The position numbers and the translations under genes are program-made. The notes beneath the pieces are model-generated. The model was not told where the DNA came from and did no database searches. It saw nothing but the letters and a program-made list of their open reading frames with translations. A stretch of DNA of 64,000 bases, taken from contig MU053758.1 in assembly GCA_013239625.1 (NCBI GenBank), positions 62,001 through 126,000 on the forward strand, written 5' to 3'. Position 1 is the first letter of the stretch; each line of letters opens with the position of its first letter. This document shows, piece by piece, positions 52,284 to 62,907 of the stretch. This DNA comes from Lama guanicoe (Eukaryota).

Positions 52284-54539
52284 TCAAAATAATATAGAAA
52301 TGAAAATTTATGCATATTTAAAGGAAGGGAAGCAATATAGAGACTAATCTATAAACAGCAACAGGTTCCAACTTCATTTTTATTGGCTATTCATTCTACG
52401 GTCGTGTGTTTAATGCAGCAAGTTGCCATCCTGAGTTAGGTTCGTCTTGTGCCAAGGCCACATCCTCTGAGCCCCCTATGCCGGACGGCAGGGACCAGGA
52501 AGTCTGGGAAACAGTTTCCTCACTAGTCAATAAACCACACTCAAATAATCAAGAATCAAACACTCAGATTCACCAGGCTATATCTGTGGTGCCTACAAGT
52601 GGAGAGAGAAATGGAAACTACCTTCCCTTTCCTTGCCTGGGACAAATGGAACAACCAGATCCTGGTTTCCCTCCAGGCTATGCCAAGATTTTGAAGGACT
52701 CGAATCTCCACTGCTGCTGCCCAGCACAGCCTGTCTGCTTGAGAGGTTATCTTTCATTTCCTCCCTCAGTTGCCCAAGCAGGTCTGATCTTGCTGATGGA
52801 TGCTGGGTCAATGGCCTTTCCCAGTCTGCCGCATTGGTGCCCCATTTCAGGCAGCTGGGAATTCAGTTCTCCAGCTTCCCCAGCAAATCATCTCAAGATG
52901 ATAGAAATGGTGACCATGTATGGACAGAGCATCAGCCTAGAAAACGGGGATCTAGTCCTAACTGCAGCCTCTATCACAACCCATATTTCTGGGCCACTTG
53001 TTCATCCTTTAAAACCCATCTCAAGCACCACTTCCTCTATGTATTTGATTCTCATCACATTGTTTATAATTCATAGCAGACTGTCTGCTGGTCCTGCTGT
53101 GAGCTCCTGAGTGAAAAGAATTGTTTGATCATCTCATCTTTCTAGCTATAGCACATGGCAAGTACTCAATCTACAAATAAATCATTATAGAAATGCTCTG
53201 AAATGAGAGGGTTGGGCTGGGTGATCTTGAAGGTGGCTTCCTGATTTAAGTCTGTGATGATCCCAATCTCACTTCCAGGGTTGGGCCCTAATGCCTGAGA
53301 GGCACAGAGAGGTGAAAGACCCAGGATTCCTAAACCCTCAGACCCAGTGGGCTTGATCCAAGTGTTCCAACCTAGTTGGTCTGTGAGAAATCACGTGTAT
53401 ATGTCATGTGCACAGGTATGACACCAATTTGGAGGTTATACGTGTCTCTGCTCTTTCTATGGGCATGGATCAGTCCTTTGAACGCATTTTTGAGGTCTGT
53501 CTTCACAACATGAGATGAGATGGTGTTTTTCTCACAGGTGAGAAGATGGAGTGATTCTCCAAGGGAATGGGGATGGAAGGAGAGATATCCAGAAGGGCTG
53601 AGCGACTTGCTCAGTCACATACACGTTGAGGGGTGATCCGGATTCTCCGCTGGTATTCTCAGTTCCGGCTCTGTGTGTTCCTGACCAAAGAAAGTCTTGA
53701 TCCTGCTAAGGTTTGCAATCTACCGTAACAAGCATAGGTGGCCACTTTCTCTCTGAACTGTTTGGGGCAGGGCAGGGATCTAGGAAGAACTACTTTTAAT
53801 GTGGGACTTTTACACAGAGGGTCTTCCTTGATGTGGTTTGAAACACTGCCATGGTGTCTTTGGATAAAAGCTAAACTAGTTCTCCATAAAGACGGGGATA
53901 TCTAAACATAGCTCTGGGATACAGTTTGAGAACTGCCTCTGAGTAGAATGGAACAACTCCTTCGAGGTACAAAATAATAGAAAAATCAAATCCTCCCCCA
54001 CCTCCGCTTTCCCAGCTCTGGGCATTTTTTAAAGGTAGAGAAAAGCAGGCAGTAAGAGGTCAAATCAGGTCTCTGGGCATTTCCGCCCCTTCCGGGTGCC
54101 AGAGAAGAAAATGCTATTGTGGGAGAATGGGGAGAAGGGGGAGGGAGAGGGTGCTGGAAGGCCTGCTGCTGCCTGGCTGCAAATTTACAGCAAGGTTGTG
54201 CAGGTGGCTTGTGGAGCCAGTGGGGAAGCCCTTATAACACCCTGGGCCCGGGGAGACAGCTTTTATTAGAAACCTTCCATTTTTCTGGCATTTCACTGAT
54301 TTAGCCAAACCACTCTTGGCAAAATGTCTGACTGTCCTTAGCCCCGGGGTGGATTTGATTTAATTTGAGGTAGGTAAGGCAGTGTTGGCGAAAGGCGCTG
54401 CGCTGGGAGTTAAAAACGTAGGCGCCAGTCCCGGCTGTGCGGTAACTTACAATGGGACCTTGACCTTGAATAAATCAGCCCCGTCTCTGGGCCTCGGTTT
54501 CCCCAGCAGCAAAACGCTCAGGGCTGACCTTGGGTTCTC

Positions 54540-55215
54540 TACAGCCCGCTCCACCACAGGATGTCAGCCTACGATTGGCTCGTCCGAGCAGGGGGAGTGT
54601 TACCCCAGCGCGGAGGAAGCGCTCTCCCTCTCGGCCCGACCCCCGGCAGCGGAGGCGTGGTGGGTGGGGGGTAGAGGGTGGGGGGAGCGCAGCGGAGGTT
54701 GTTCGCGCCCCTTCCCCCTTAAGCCCCTAAGTTCCCAAGTATCAAGTTGAGCACGTGCCCGGGGCTGACCAAGGCGGGCCACTAAGGGACCCTGCGCCCT
54801 GCAACCGGGAGCTGCTGCCCTGCGCCCCCGGCGCGCCGCGTGTGGCGGGAAGGGCGCCGGCTCCCCGGAGGCCGGAGAGGAGGCGCTCCCGGCGGCCGCA
54901 CCCGTCCCGGAACGTGGCGCCGCCGGAGGCGTGGCCGGGGTCGGTGGCTGGGGCTGCTGCCCGCCCGACGCCGGCCCAGCCGCGGACCAACTCGTCCTTC
55001 CTGGACGTGACACGCTCGGCGCTCCCGAGAACCAGGAAGCGTGGGGGACGCCCGGCGGGCGCGGGGCGGAGGGGCGGCCATGGCAACGGGCCGGGGCCGC
55101 GAGGGGACGCGTGTGCGACGCCGCTCTCTCCACGTGGCGCTGCGCGGGCCCCCGCTGCCCGCCCCCGTGGTCTGAATAGCTGTTCTGTCTCCGCGGATCC
55201 CCACCTCGGCTGCTG
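54540..55215. promoter_or_regulatory. CpG island, promoter/enhancer-like, with no coding exon recognised nearby
   Basis: Very high GC and CpG density; reverse CCAAT (ATTGG 54574), E-boxes CACGTG (54752, 55131), GC boxes (about 55063-55077), RFX-like GCGGCCATGGCAAC (55074-55087), CTCF-like CCGCGAGGGGACGC (55097-55110). Confidence 0.8.
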
Positions 55216-55453
55216 ATTGTCTAACTCCCAGACTGGCTGGCTCTGTTGAATTTCCAGACGCCTCTTTGGGACAGGTCCTGGGGGAGGTGGGGGAAATCTG
55301 TTTTCAGGAAAAGCCAGGCACCAATAACCTTGCCTCTGCTCTCCTCTCTTTGGTTCGTCTTATGCCATTAGGGCCTGGAACTTGGCGGGGACAATGACCC
55401 CATTTTGCAGATGGCAAAGCTGAGGGGGCAAAACCACTTGGCCAAAAGCCCAT

Positions 55454-55922
55454 TGTGGGATGGGCACAACTAACAAAAAGGAGAGACTTCCTATCCCTCT
55501 GAAGGAGTACAAAACAAACAAAGAAACTGACTTCCCTGATGAGAAACTGTTCGCTGATTCATTCTTTACTGAGAAAACTTTAATCCAGAGGCTGTGCGCC
55601 AGGAAGGAGATAACAGGCTGATAATCTCAGAAGAATGGACAGACCTTCCTGAAGTTCCTCCTGAAAATTCATTGAGTTTAAGAGGAATGTAGCATCCTGT
55701 AAAACACCCTGATTTTATCACCTTTTCTGTTCCACCCAGTTTTTCTGTAAAACCTCAAGACCCCAACCCTAAGATGGGCTCACAGTTTTGAAGGGCTAGC
55801 CTGCTGTGAGTCCCCTTTGCCTGGCAAAGTAATAAAGCTGTCTCTTTTCTTCTATGTTCTAAGACCTTGTCTCTGAGTTTCAGTTCAGCTCATCAGGGGC
55901 AGGGGCTGATCTTCTGGCAACA
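55454..55922 (+). mobile_element. ERV solo LTR (class I-like, probably lineage-specific)
   Basis: TG...CA ends, AATAAA at 55831, ctttgcctggcaaagtaataaagct R-region motif; no clean TSD. Confidence 0.6.
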
Positions 55923-58008
55923 CCTCCGTTGTCAGTTCCAGGAGGGAAGCTCTGGAAAAACCCTTCATTGCAGGGCTTAGAACTGGACAGGCCAGTCTCC
56001 CTACTTCTTGGCCTGTATCCCTGGTGAGGGAATGGCAGGCTTCAAGGATCTCTAAGCCAGAAGGGAAGGAGTATCTAGGCCCTGGACCCTGTTCTGGGCT
56101 CCCTGGCTTCCTTTTGCAGGATGACTCCACCTCAGCCTTTCCCTGCTTCACTCCTTTAGGGTCAGAGGCGAAGGACCACTTCTGTTTTCTCATCAATAAA
56201 TCTGGTAAAAGGCCACTGGAGTGTTCTAACTTGTGGAACTTTGGTGAGCTCCTTCCCCATTATAAGCCTCCGTTTTCCCACCGATTTAAAAAGGACTATA
56301 TTAACCCCTAAAAAGGCTTCCAGCACTAATATTTCAGGATTCTAAGTCAGATACTTTTTCTGCAGGCAACAACCTGATGTAAGGAGTTAACTTTCCTTTT
56401 TCTCTGTATCATAATTATACTTACCTCTCCAGCACCTGTGCACATATTATCACTCGATAAAAGGTTATTAAATAAGTATAAAAGTATACTTTTGCCTGTC
56501 CCCTCTCTCCTAACAAATTCCTAATAATGACCAAAGGAAAATTATGTGGGTTTATCAAATCTTTCAAAATATCTCTGCATCACCTTGCATGATAAAGCAC
56601 TGACAGCTGCCTCCTGAGGCTGGTAGGGCAGCAGAAGTATTGTCAGTTCAGAAGCTGGGTTTGAATTTGATCTCTGCTCCTCCTTTACTGCCTCTGGTAC
56701 ATACCCTCTTTGTACCCTTGGACTCTTAGGAGTTCTCTGACCTTTGGCTATATCAGAAACACTGGCTCCCATTTTACAGGTGGCAAAACCAAAGAAGTGA
56801 AGTGACTTGGTCCAAGAGCACACTACAAAATACCAGATGGCAGTCACAAGATCATTTCCTCATTTGTTCAAAGAAGGTCATAACCATGCCTGTTTTACAG
56901 GATTGTAGGAAGCTCAGCTGGAATAGAAGGGAAGGCTGTTTGCAAGCCTTAAACGGCCAGACGTTGGACCCTGCGGTGGTAGCAGTAACACTGGTGTCTG
57001 GTGTGAGGCTGTGAAAAGCTTTCTTTCCTTAGACATTTGCATCCGGTCCCTAAACAGGACTGGGTATAGGCACTGGACACACAGGATGAACAGACACAAT
57101 CTTTGCCTTAGAAGAATTGACCCTGGAGGTAGAAGACAGCCAAGTACCCAGATAAACACACCTTAAGATGGCTTTCATGAAGTATACAGCCCTACTGGGG
57201 CAGCGCCCCCTCCTGGTGTATTGGTGTATTGAGTTTGTTTGTTCTATTTTGTTTTAACATTTCTGCCATCATTAGCAACTCCTTTAAGGGAAACGTGCAC
57301 GTTCGGAACCTGCCACCCTTCACCCAGCTTGAGGGCCACACCTAAGGGAGAAGTCAAGTGGGTGACTCCCTGGGCCCCTTCTCTTGGGATATCTTGGTCA
57401 CTTTGTGTGACTTTTCCCAAAGACCTCAGGAGCAAGTTTGCTGGCTTCAGCCTGCAGTGGGAACACAGCAAGTGGTCATATTTGGGGTGTTTGATTTTTT
57501 TACCTTGTATTTGAATAATGCTCTAAATGTTTTCAATTCATTTTTCAAATAAATTTACGTTTATTCATGCATGTATATTGTTCAGATACACAGGCATGTG
57601 GTACACAATTCAAAAGGTACAAAAGAGAATATAGTAAAAGGAAAGTCTTCCTCCCTCCCCTGCCCCCAAGCCTTGAGTTCTCCTCCCCAGAGTAACCACT
57701 CTTGTTATTTTCTTATATCCTTCCAGAAATCAAATATTCTCTTTTTAGGAGTATTTTAAAAGCCATCTTTGTCAAGAAAATGCTCTACAGATCACGGGAG
57801 TCAGAATCACCAGAGTGTCTTCTCCCCATGTTGCAATCGTTAGAATTGCTTTGAGGAATTTGACAGCTCCTCATCCTGTGGCGGCAAAGATATTTCCATA
57901 TCTTCCTATGCCTAGATGAGGAGATTGTGGCCAAACCTGGTCAATTTCATGCCAGATCTAGAACCAACGTTTCCAACACCTTCAGCTACACCATTGTTTT
58001 ACAGACTC

Positions 58009-58062
58009 GTGTGTGTGTGTGTGTGTGTGTGTGCGTGCGTGCGTGCGTATGTGTGTGTGTGT
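58009..58062. repeat. (TG)n/(TGCG)n compound microsatellite
   Basis: Directly visible. Confidence 0.9.
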
Positions 58063-58899
58063 ATGTGATTAGTAGCAAATCCTTTTGCAAAAGGAAATGG
58101 TACCTGGAAAAAGGTATGTACAATAAAGAAAAGCAGAGCCTCTCCTCCTGTTGCAGTGTGTGGGGAGAGGTGGGGCTTTGAGAGCCTCTTCTGCCTTCCA
58201 ACAGCCCCTGCGGCACCTCCCTGGGACCCAGGGGTTGAAAGACTACAGTCTCGTTTTAGGCGACATCCAAGAGGTGACAGGAACTCTGTATTTGGATGGT
58301 TAAATCCAAGGTGGGAGAAGGGAAGCAGATGTTCCAGCTCAGCTCTCTCTATGTGAACCCTGGATACACCTTGTACCTGATGAACTCTACTGGGCATCCC
58401 TCAAGCCCAGGAAGGGCAGTTGTATGGAGAAGGCTGCTTGGAGCCCCCACGTCCCCAAGAAGAGAGGTGTCTTCCTTTGAGCATTGACGTCCCGATCAAT
58501 TCAAGCATATTTACGGAGACGTCCGATGTGCCCAGCGCAATAACCTCCAAGCAGTTTAAAACTAGTCCCTGCCTTCTTGTTACTAACAATATAGCTGGAG
58601 AGAGGAGACGTAAATAGAAGTGATGGCATCAGGCAGGTGTGTGCTGGGTGAGGGGTAAAGGCAGGTGAGCGGCAGGTATGTTGTCTCTGGATTCGGGGGA
58701 GGGAGAGGGGCCAGGGATGGAGAGGCAGGAAGGACAGTAGGGAAGCTGGCCGGCTATCCCTCCCGACACCGACACCACCGGCAGGCAGGGTCGAAGAAGC
58801 AGCAAATCAGGACCCGAACCCTTAACTTGAGCTGAATTAAGCTAACTGACTTGAGGGACATGGGTTAGAGTTTAGGTTTTCACAGCAAAGGATGCTTCA

Positions 58900-59340
58900 A
58901 ACCTGCTTCTCCGTAAATAGCAACTCTATCCTTCCAGTCCCCCCCACCCTCTACCGCCACTCAATTCCCTCACACACACTGGCCTCCTGCTCCTTGTCCC
59001 CTGTGCTGGAAGGCTCTTCCCCAAACATCAGCACAGCTGGATCCCTCCCTGCGTCACGCATCGCATCTTATCAGCCGGGCTTTCTCCAACTGCCCTGGAT
59101 TAAACACCACCCCTCCCCAACTCTCAATACGCCTCCCTGCTTTATTCTCCAGAGCATATATCTAGCATGCATCGATGTCTGGCATTCTTTCTATTTACTT
59201 ATTGGTTGCCTCTGTATTCGATGTGAGCTCCATGAGGGCAAAAATGGTCTGTGCCCCCTCCCCTCACCCGTACCCGGAACAGCACCAGACGCATAGTAGA
59301 TGGGCAGTAAGCATTTGCTGAATGAATGAGTGTATGAGTG
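58900..59340 (+). mobile_element. L2 3' end
   Basis: atgtgagctccatgagggca...acagcaccagacgcatagtagatgggcagtaagcatttgctgaatgaatga. Confidence 0.7.
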
Positions 59341-60288
59341 ACTTCCCCTTAAGGAGTCTCCATAGACTCCTCCCTAGGATGGAGACGGGTGCTCAGGGTG
59401 GCTGGAGCTGTGATTTCAGGGGCAGCGGCAGGCACCAGCTCTGTCCTGGGGCAATTTGATGGCACCACGAGCAGTTGTTGTAACAGTAACAGTGGATCAT
59501 GTATCTCACTAGAAGGTGCAGGTGCCAAGTTGAAGCAGCTCCTCGCGGTGAATGATGAGGACGCTGAGGGAGGAGGAAGACCGGGTCTTGGGAAGGTACT
59601 GCCACAGGGCTTGAGAGGAGCAGGGGGAGGGCGTGCTTCCCTGGTCCCTCCCGGTGCTTGGTCACCTCAGACACTGAGCGGGGGACAGAGAGAGAGGAGG
59701 AAGTCATGTGTGATGGGAGTGTCCTGAAACTGCTAGCCAGGTGTCCCCTTCTGTCCCCGGACTCAGTGCCCTTAACCTGCCCTTGGCTGCCCAGATGAAT
59801 CAGCAAGTTCCAGTCCCTGTGGTTTGTTGCCGCACTTCCTCTGGGCGGACTGGAGGATCTTGAGTGACATTAAATAACACACCTGGGAGGGAGGCTCAGA
59901 AAGCCAGCAGGGGCTTGGGGACAAGGATCATCCATGGCCACGCCTGAGTCTCTATATGAAGACCCCAGCCCAAAAAACCGCTAGTGCTGGCAACTTTAGG
60001 GTGGGAAGGGGTCCCCAGCCGCAGCTGAAAATCAGCACCTTGGGTACAAACAACTAAAGAAACACAGTTTTAATGCAGCAAATCCTCACAGAAAATGCAT
60101 GTGACTGTGCCTGGCTTTCAGCCACCACTTACAGGAAAACTGAATCTCTACTGGAGATAAACCAAGGGGCAATTCCTCATTTTCAAGAAGGATGTTCCTT
60201 GGGGATGTTGTGCATAAGTGAGCTCCCCAAGTGAGGTGGAAATCATTGCCTTTATGAATATTCAGCTTCCACATAAGAATCATTTGAA

Positions 60289-60415
60289 GGCAGGTGGGGT
60301 AGCTCAGTGGTAGAGCGCAAGCTTAGCATGTGCGAGGTCCTGGGTTCAATCCCCGGTACCTCCATTAAAAAAAATTATAAATAAATAAATAAACTTTATC
60401 TCCTCCCCCACCAAA
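60289..60415 (+). mobile_element. Vic-1-like SINE, well preserved
   Basis: gtagctcagtggtagagcgcaagcttagcatgtgcgaggtcctgggttcaatccccggtacctcca plus (TAAA)n tail; imperfect TSD aagaatcatttga/aaaaattatttga. Confidence 0.85.
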
Positions 60416-60719
60416 AAAAATTATTTGAGATGTGGCACTTTCAACTTACAATCTGCCTCCGAAGACATGAATACTTTTCCATGTATATATTCTCAGATTC
60501 TCAGAGGACCCTATGAGACCCCCATTTTACAGATGAGAAAACAGAGGTCTGGAGCATATATGGCGGTTCAGCCAGGTTTGGGGACTTGAAGATCTTTCCA
60601 TCCCAGCAAGCTGTTCCCCTGTGATTCCTGCAGCACCTCTGGGAGGCTGATGTGGATCAGGAGAGTGTTCCATACGATAGAAGAGAAAACCAAAACCCAG
60701 TGGGTAAAGTAAAGGCTCC

Positions 60720-60935
60720 AATTAGATTCCCAACTCTGAGCCCAGGCTTTGGAATCGGACAAGGTTTACCATCCACTAGCCTCACTTAGCACATGCTTGA
60801 CCTCTATGGGCCTCAGTTTCCTCATCTATAAAATGGGGGTGATGATACCTACGTCACGCAGAGCCGTGAGGGTGAACTGAACTGTTGCGTGGTTATCGCT
60901 GAGAGCAGTGCCTGACACAGAGCTGCTATTATTAT
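60720..60935 (+). mobile_element. MIR SINE
   Basis: gggcctcagtttcctcatctataaaatgggggtgatgatacctac. Confidence 0.75.
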
Positions 60936-61789
60936 GCCTGCCATGCGTGTTATTTTTACAGCGTCTCACACTTCTTATGTGAAATAGCCACAGGGACATG
61001 TGGCAGAGTCTCCTCCAGGGGTGAGCAAGATGGTACCACCCCCTCCTTCACCCCTGACTTTCCCTCCCCTCACACCCTCCTCCCTTCCAGAAGGTCACAC
61101 CGGGTTGATTCTCTCCCAGCCCCCAGGAGCCTCCCTGCCACCGTCTGGCCCCACCTCGCAGCTGCCAGGCTGCCTTGGCCAAGGATGAATGGCCTCGCCT
61201 AGGGCCCTGTGGTCACCCCGCCTCTGCCTGCAGCAGGGCCCGGAGCCCGGACGTGCCTGGCAGACTGCCAGTGCTTCCTTGGTAGGATGCCCCACCGCTC
61301 CCTCCGGGTCCCTCTATTCTGGGAGCTGTAATTTAGACAGCCTTCCCCGCCCCAATTGCTATCTGTAGCAGCAGTCACCGTTCCCTCGGCCCTGCCCACC
61401 CCCACTAGGCTGCCTTTTCATAAACAGCTCCCAGGCTGCCCTGTTATCTTGGGCGCCGTGGCTCTGAGGAGGAGGCCCTGCCACCCTGGAGATACAAATG
61501 ACCCCTCAATCCTCGAGGGGCAGCCGGCCCAGTGTGGGCAGAGGAGGGATGGAACCCTGACCCACGAGAGACCAATATAGCAGCCCTCAGAACCTGACCC
61601 CGGGTGGGTGGGGTGCAGGAAAGAAGAGAGCCTGTCATTATGCCCCCAACACCCTGGGGACTGGGTCGGCTTGGGCTGTGGTCTCCCCAAAGGCCCTTCC
61701 CTGCCTCAGCTTGGCAGGTTCAGCCACAAGGCCATGAAAAGGGGGATGAGGAGGAGGGCAGTCAATAGCAGCAACAAAAGTGATATTTC

Positions 61790-62255
61790 CAAAATGCAAA
61801 TGTGATGGTGTCAATCTCTAGCTCCAAACCTTCAGTGGCTCCCCGTGGCCCTTAGAGATGAGGTTCACAAGACCCTTTGTCCCCTGCCCTTTCTACCACC
61901 TCTCTCACCTCAGGACCTTTGCACAAGCTCTTCCTCTGTCTGGATACAGTTCTCTTAATTTAACAACTACCCATACTACAGGTCTCGGCTTAGAAATCAC
62001 TTCTCATGGAGCCTTCCCATGACATCACCACACATACACACTTCCCTGGTCCTCCCCTTGGACTGGAATGGGGGTCCCTCCCGCATTCACCTGAAGCACT
62101 GGGCCCTTGCCTATGCGCCTGCCGCTCTCCCTTGCTGACTGCACGCACTCCCAGGACAGCAACTCTCGTGCTCAGATCATTTCTCTAGCACCTAGCCCAG
62201 TCCCGGCACATAGCAGGTGTTCAAGAAAAGTTTATTGAAAGAACACTTGAATGAA
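61790..62255 (+). mobile_element. L2 3' fragment
   Basis: aaaccttcagtggctcccc, caggacctttgcacaagctcttcctctgtctgga, ctagcacctagcccagtcccggcacatagcaggtgttcaa. Confidence 0.7.
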
Positions 62256-62907
62256 TAAACAGACGGCTCCTCTGCCCCTCCAGGATGAGTGGTCTCTTGT
62301 GGGGTGGGCATGGAGATTTGCTACTTTGGGCCCTTCATTTTTCCAGAAAGCCCCAACTTCAGTGTTCTGTCCCTTTGTCCTCTAAGTAAAACTTCAGGCT
62401 TGCTGCACTGCCTGCCCATCTTGATCTGGAAAATATGGTTACTATGGCCGTGGGCCTGCTGGTGGGGAGCCCCAAGGGGCTCTGAGGATGCACACTGCGG
62501 GACAAGGCAGGCATCCCTGGGTTGAGGGAGGGAAGGCACAGAAAGAGGGAGACCCCAGGCCATGGGCCACTTACAAGCAACAACTCTGTTACTAGGAGCC
62601 GAGATGGCTACGCAGGCCAAATGGCAGTTTGGGTTCTTATTCTGGCTCTTTCTGCTGTGATATGGAGACACATTTTGTTTTTTGCTTCCTCCAAAGACAG
62701 ATAGTGCAAAGAATAACCAACAACTACAGCAATGAGGCTGGAGTTCGATGATTCTACCTGTTATCCCCATAAATTATTGGGGGATCTCTGAAATTTGAGT
62801 CTTTCTGCATCCAAATTGCATTTCCTCCATCATTTCTCTCATCTTTCATGAAATGTCACTTAAATATGTTCCAGATCACCTGTCTGTTTTGTGCTCAGAA
62901 GTAGCTC

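Larger units (their letters stand above)
58349..62907 (-). pseudogene. Candidate unitary pseudogene of an ankyrin-repeat and SOCS-box (ASB4/10/16/18-like) gene; segments 62907-62575, 61485-61155, 59563-59419, 58594-58349
   Basis: Colinear decayed translations: LLSTKQTGDLEHI*VTF...FQRSPNNLWG*QVESSNSSLIAVVVGY...KMCLHITAE...TELLL|GTAAGT; RALLQAEAG*PQGPRRGHSSLAKAAWQ; EELLQLGTCTF**D...RGAIKLPQDRAGACRCP; SLLGDVGAPSSLLHTTALPGLEGCP. Pyrimidine-rich CAG acceptors precede segments 2-4. Confidence 0.6.

Noticed and set aside
52406..53110. 234-aa ORF
   Set aside because: Non-ATG start, no recognisable family or splice context; treated as chance, although no homology search was possible.
54382..55216. 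Several overlapping 110-177 aa ORFs
   Set aside because: Expected from stop-codon scarcity in a GC-rich island; no recognisable domain.
58450..58500. Ankyrin-like reading IDRDVNAQRKTPLFL on the - strand
   Set aside because: It overlaps in another frame the SOCS-box-like reading, which fits the expected domain order better; both cannot be right and this one is treated as probable chance.
59395..59550. Alternative SOCS-box reading (SPR..LLQL..C...LPLPLKSQLQ)
   Set aside because: It needs several frameshifts and would place the SOCS box before another segment; the single-frame ankyrin/CP reading is preferred but not certain.
60289..60365. tRNA-Ala-like gene
   Set aside because: It continues into a (TAAA)n/poly-A tail with TSD-like flanks and has five diverged siblings in the window, so it is a SINE.
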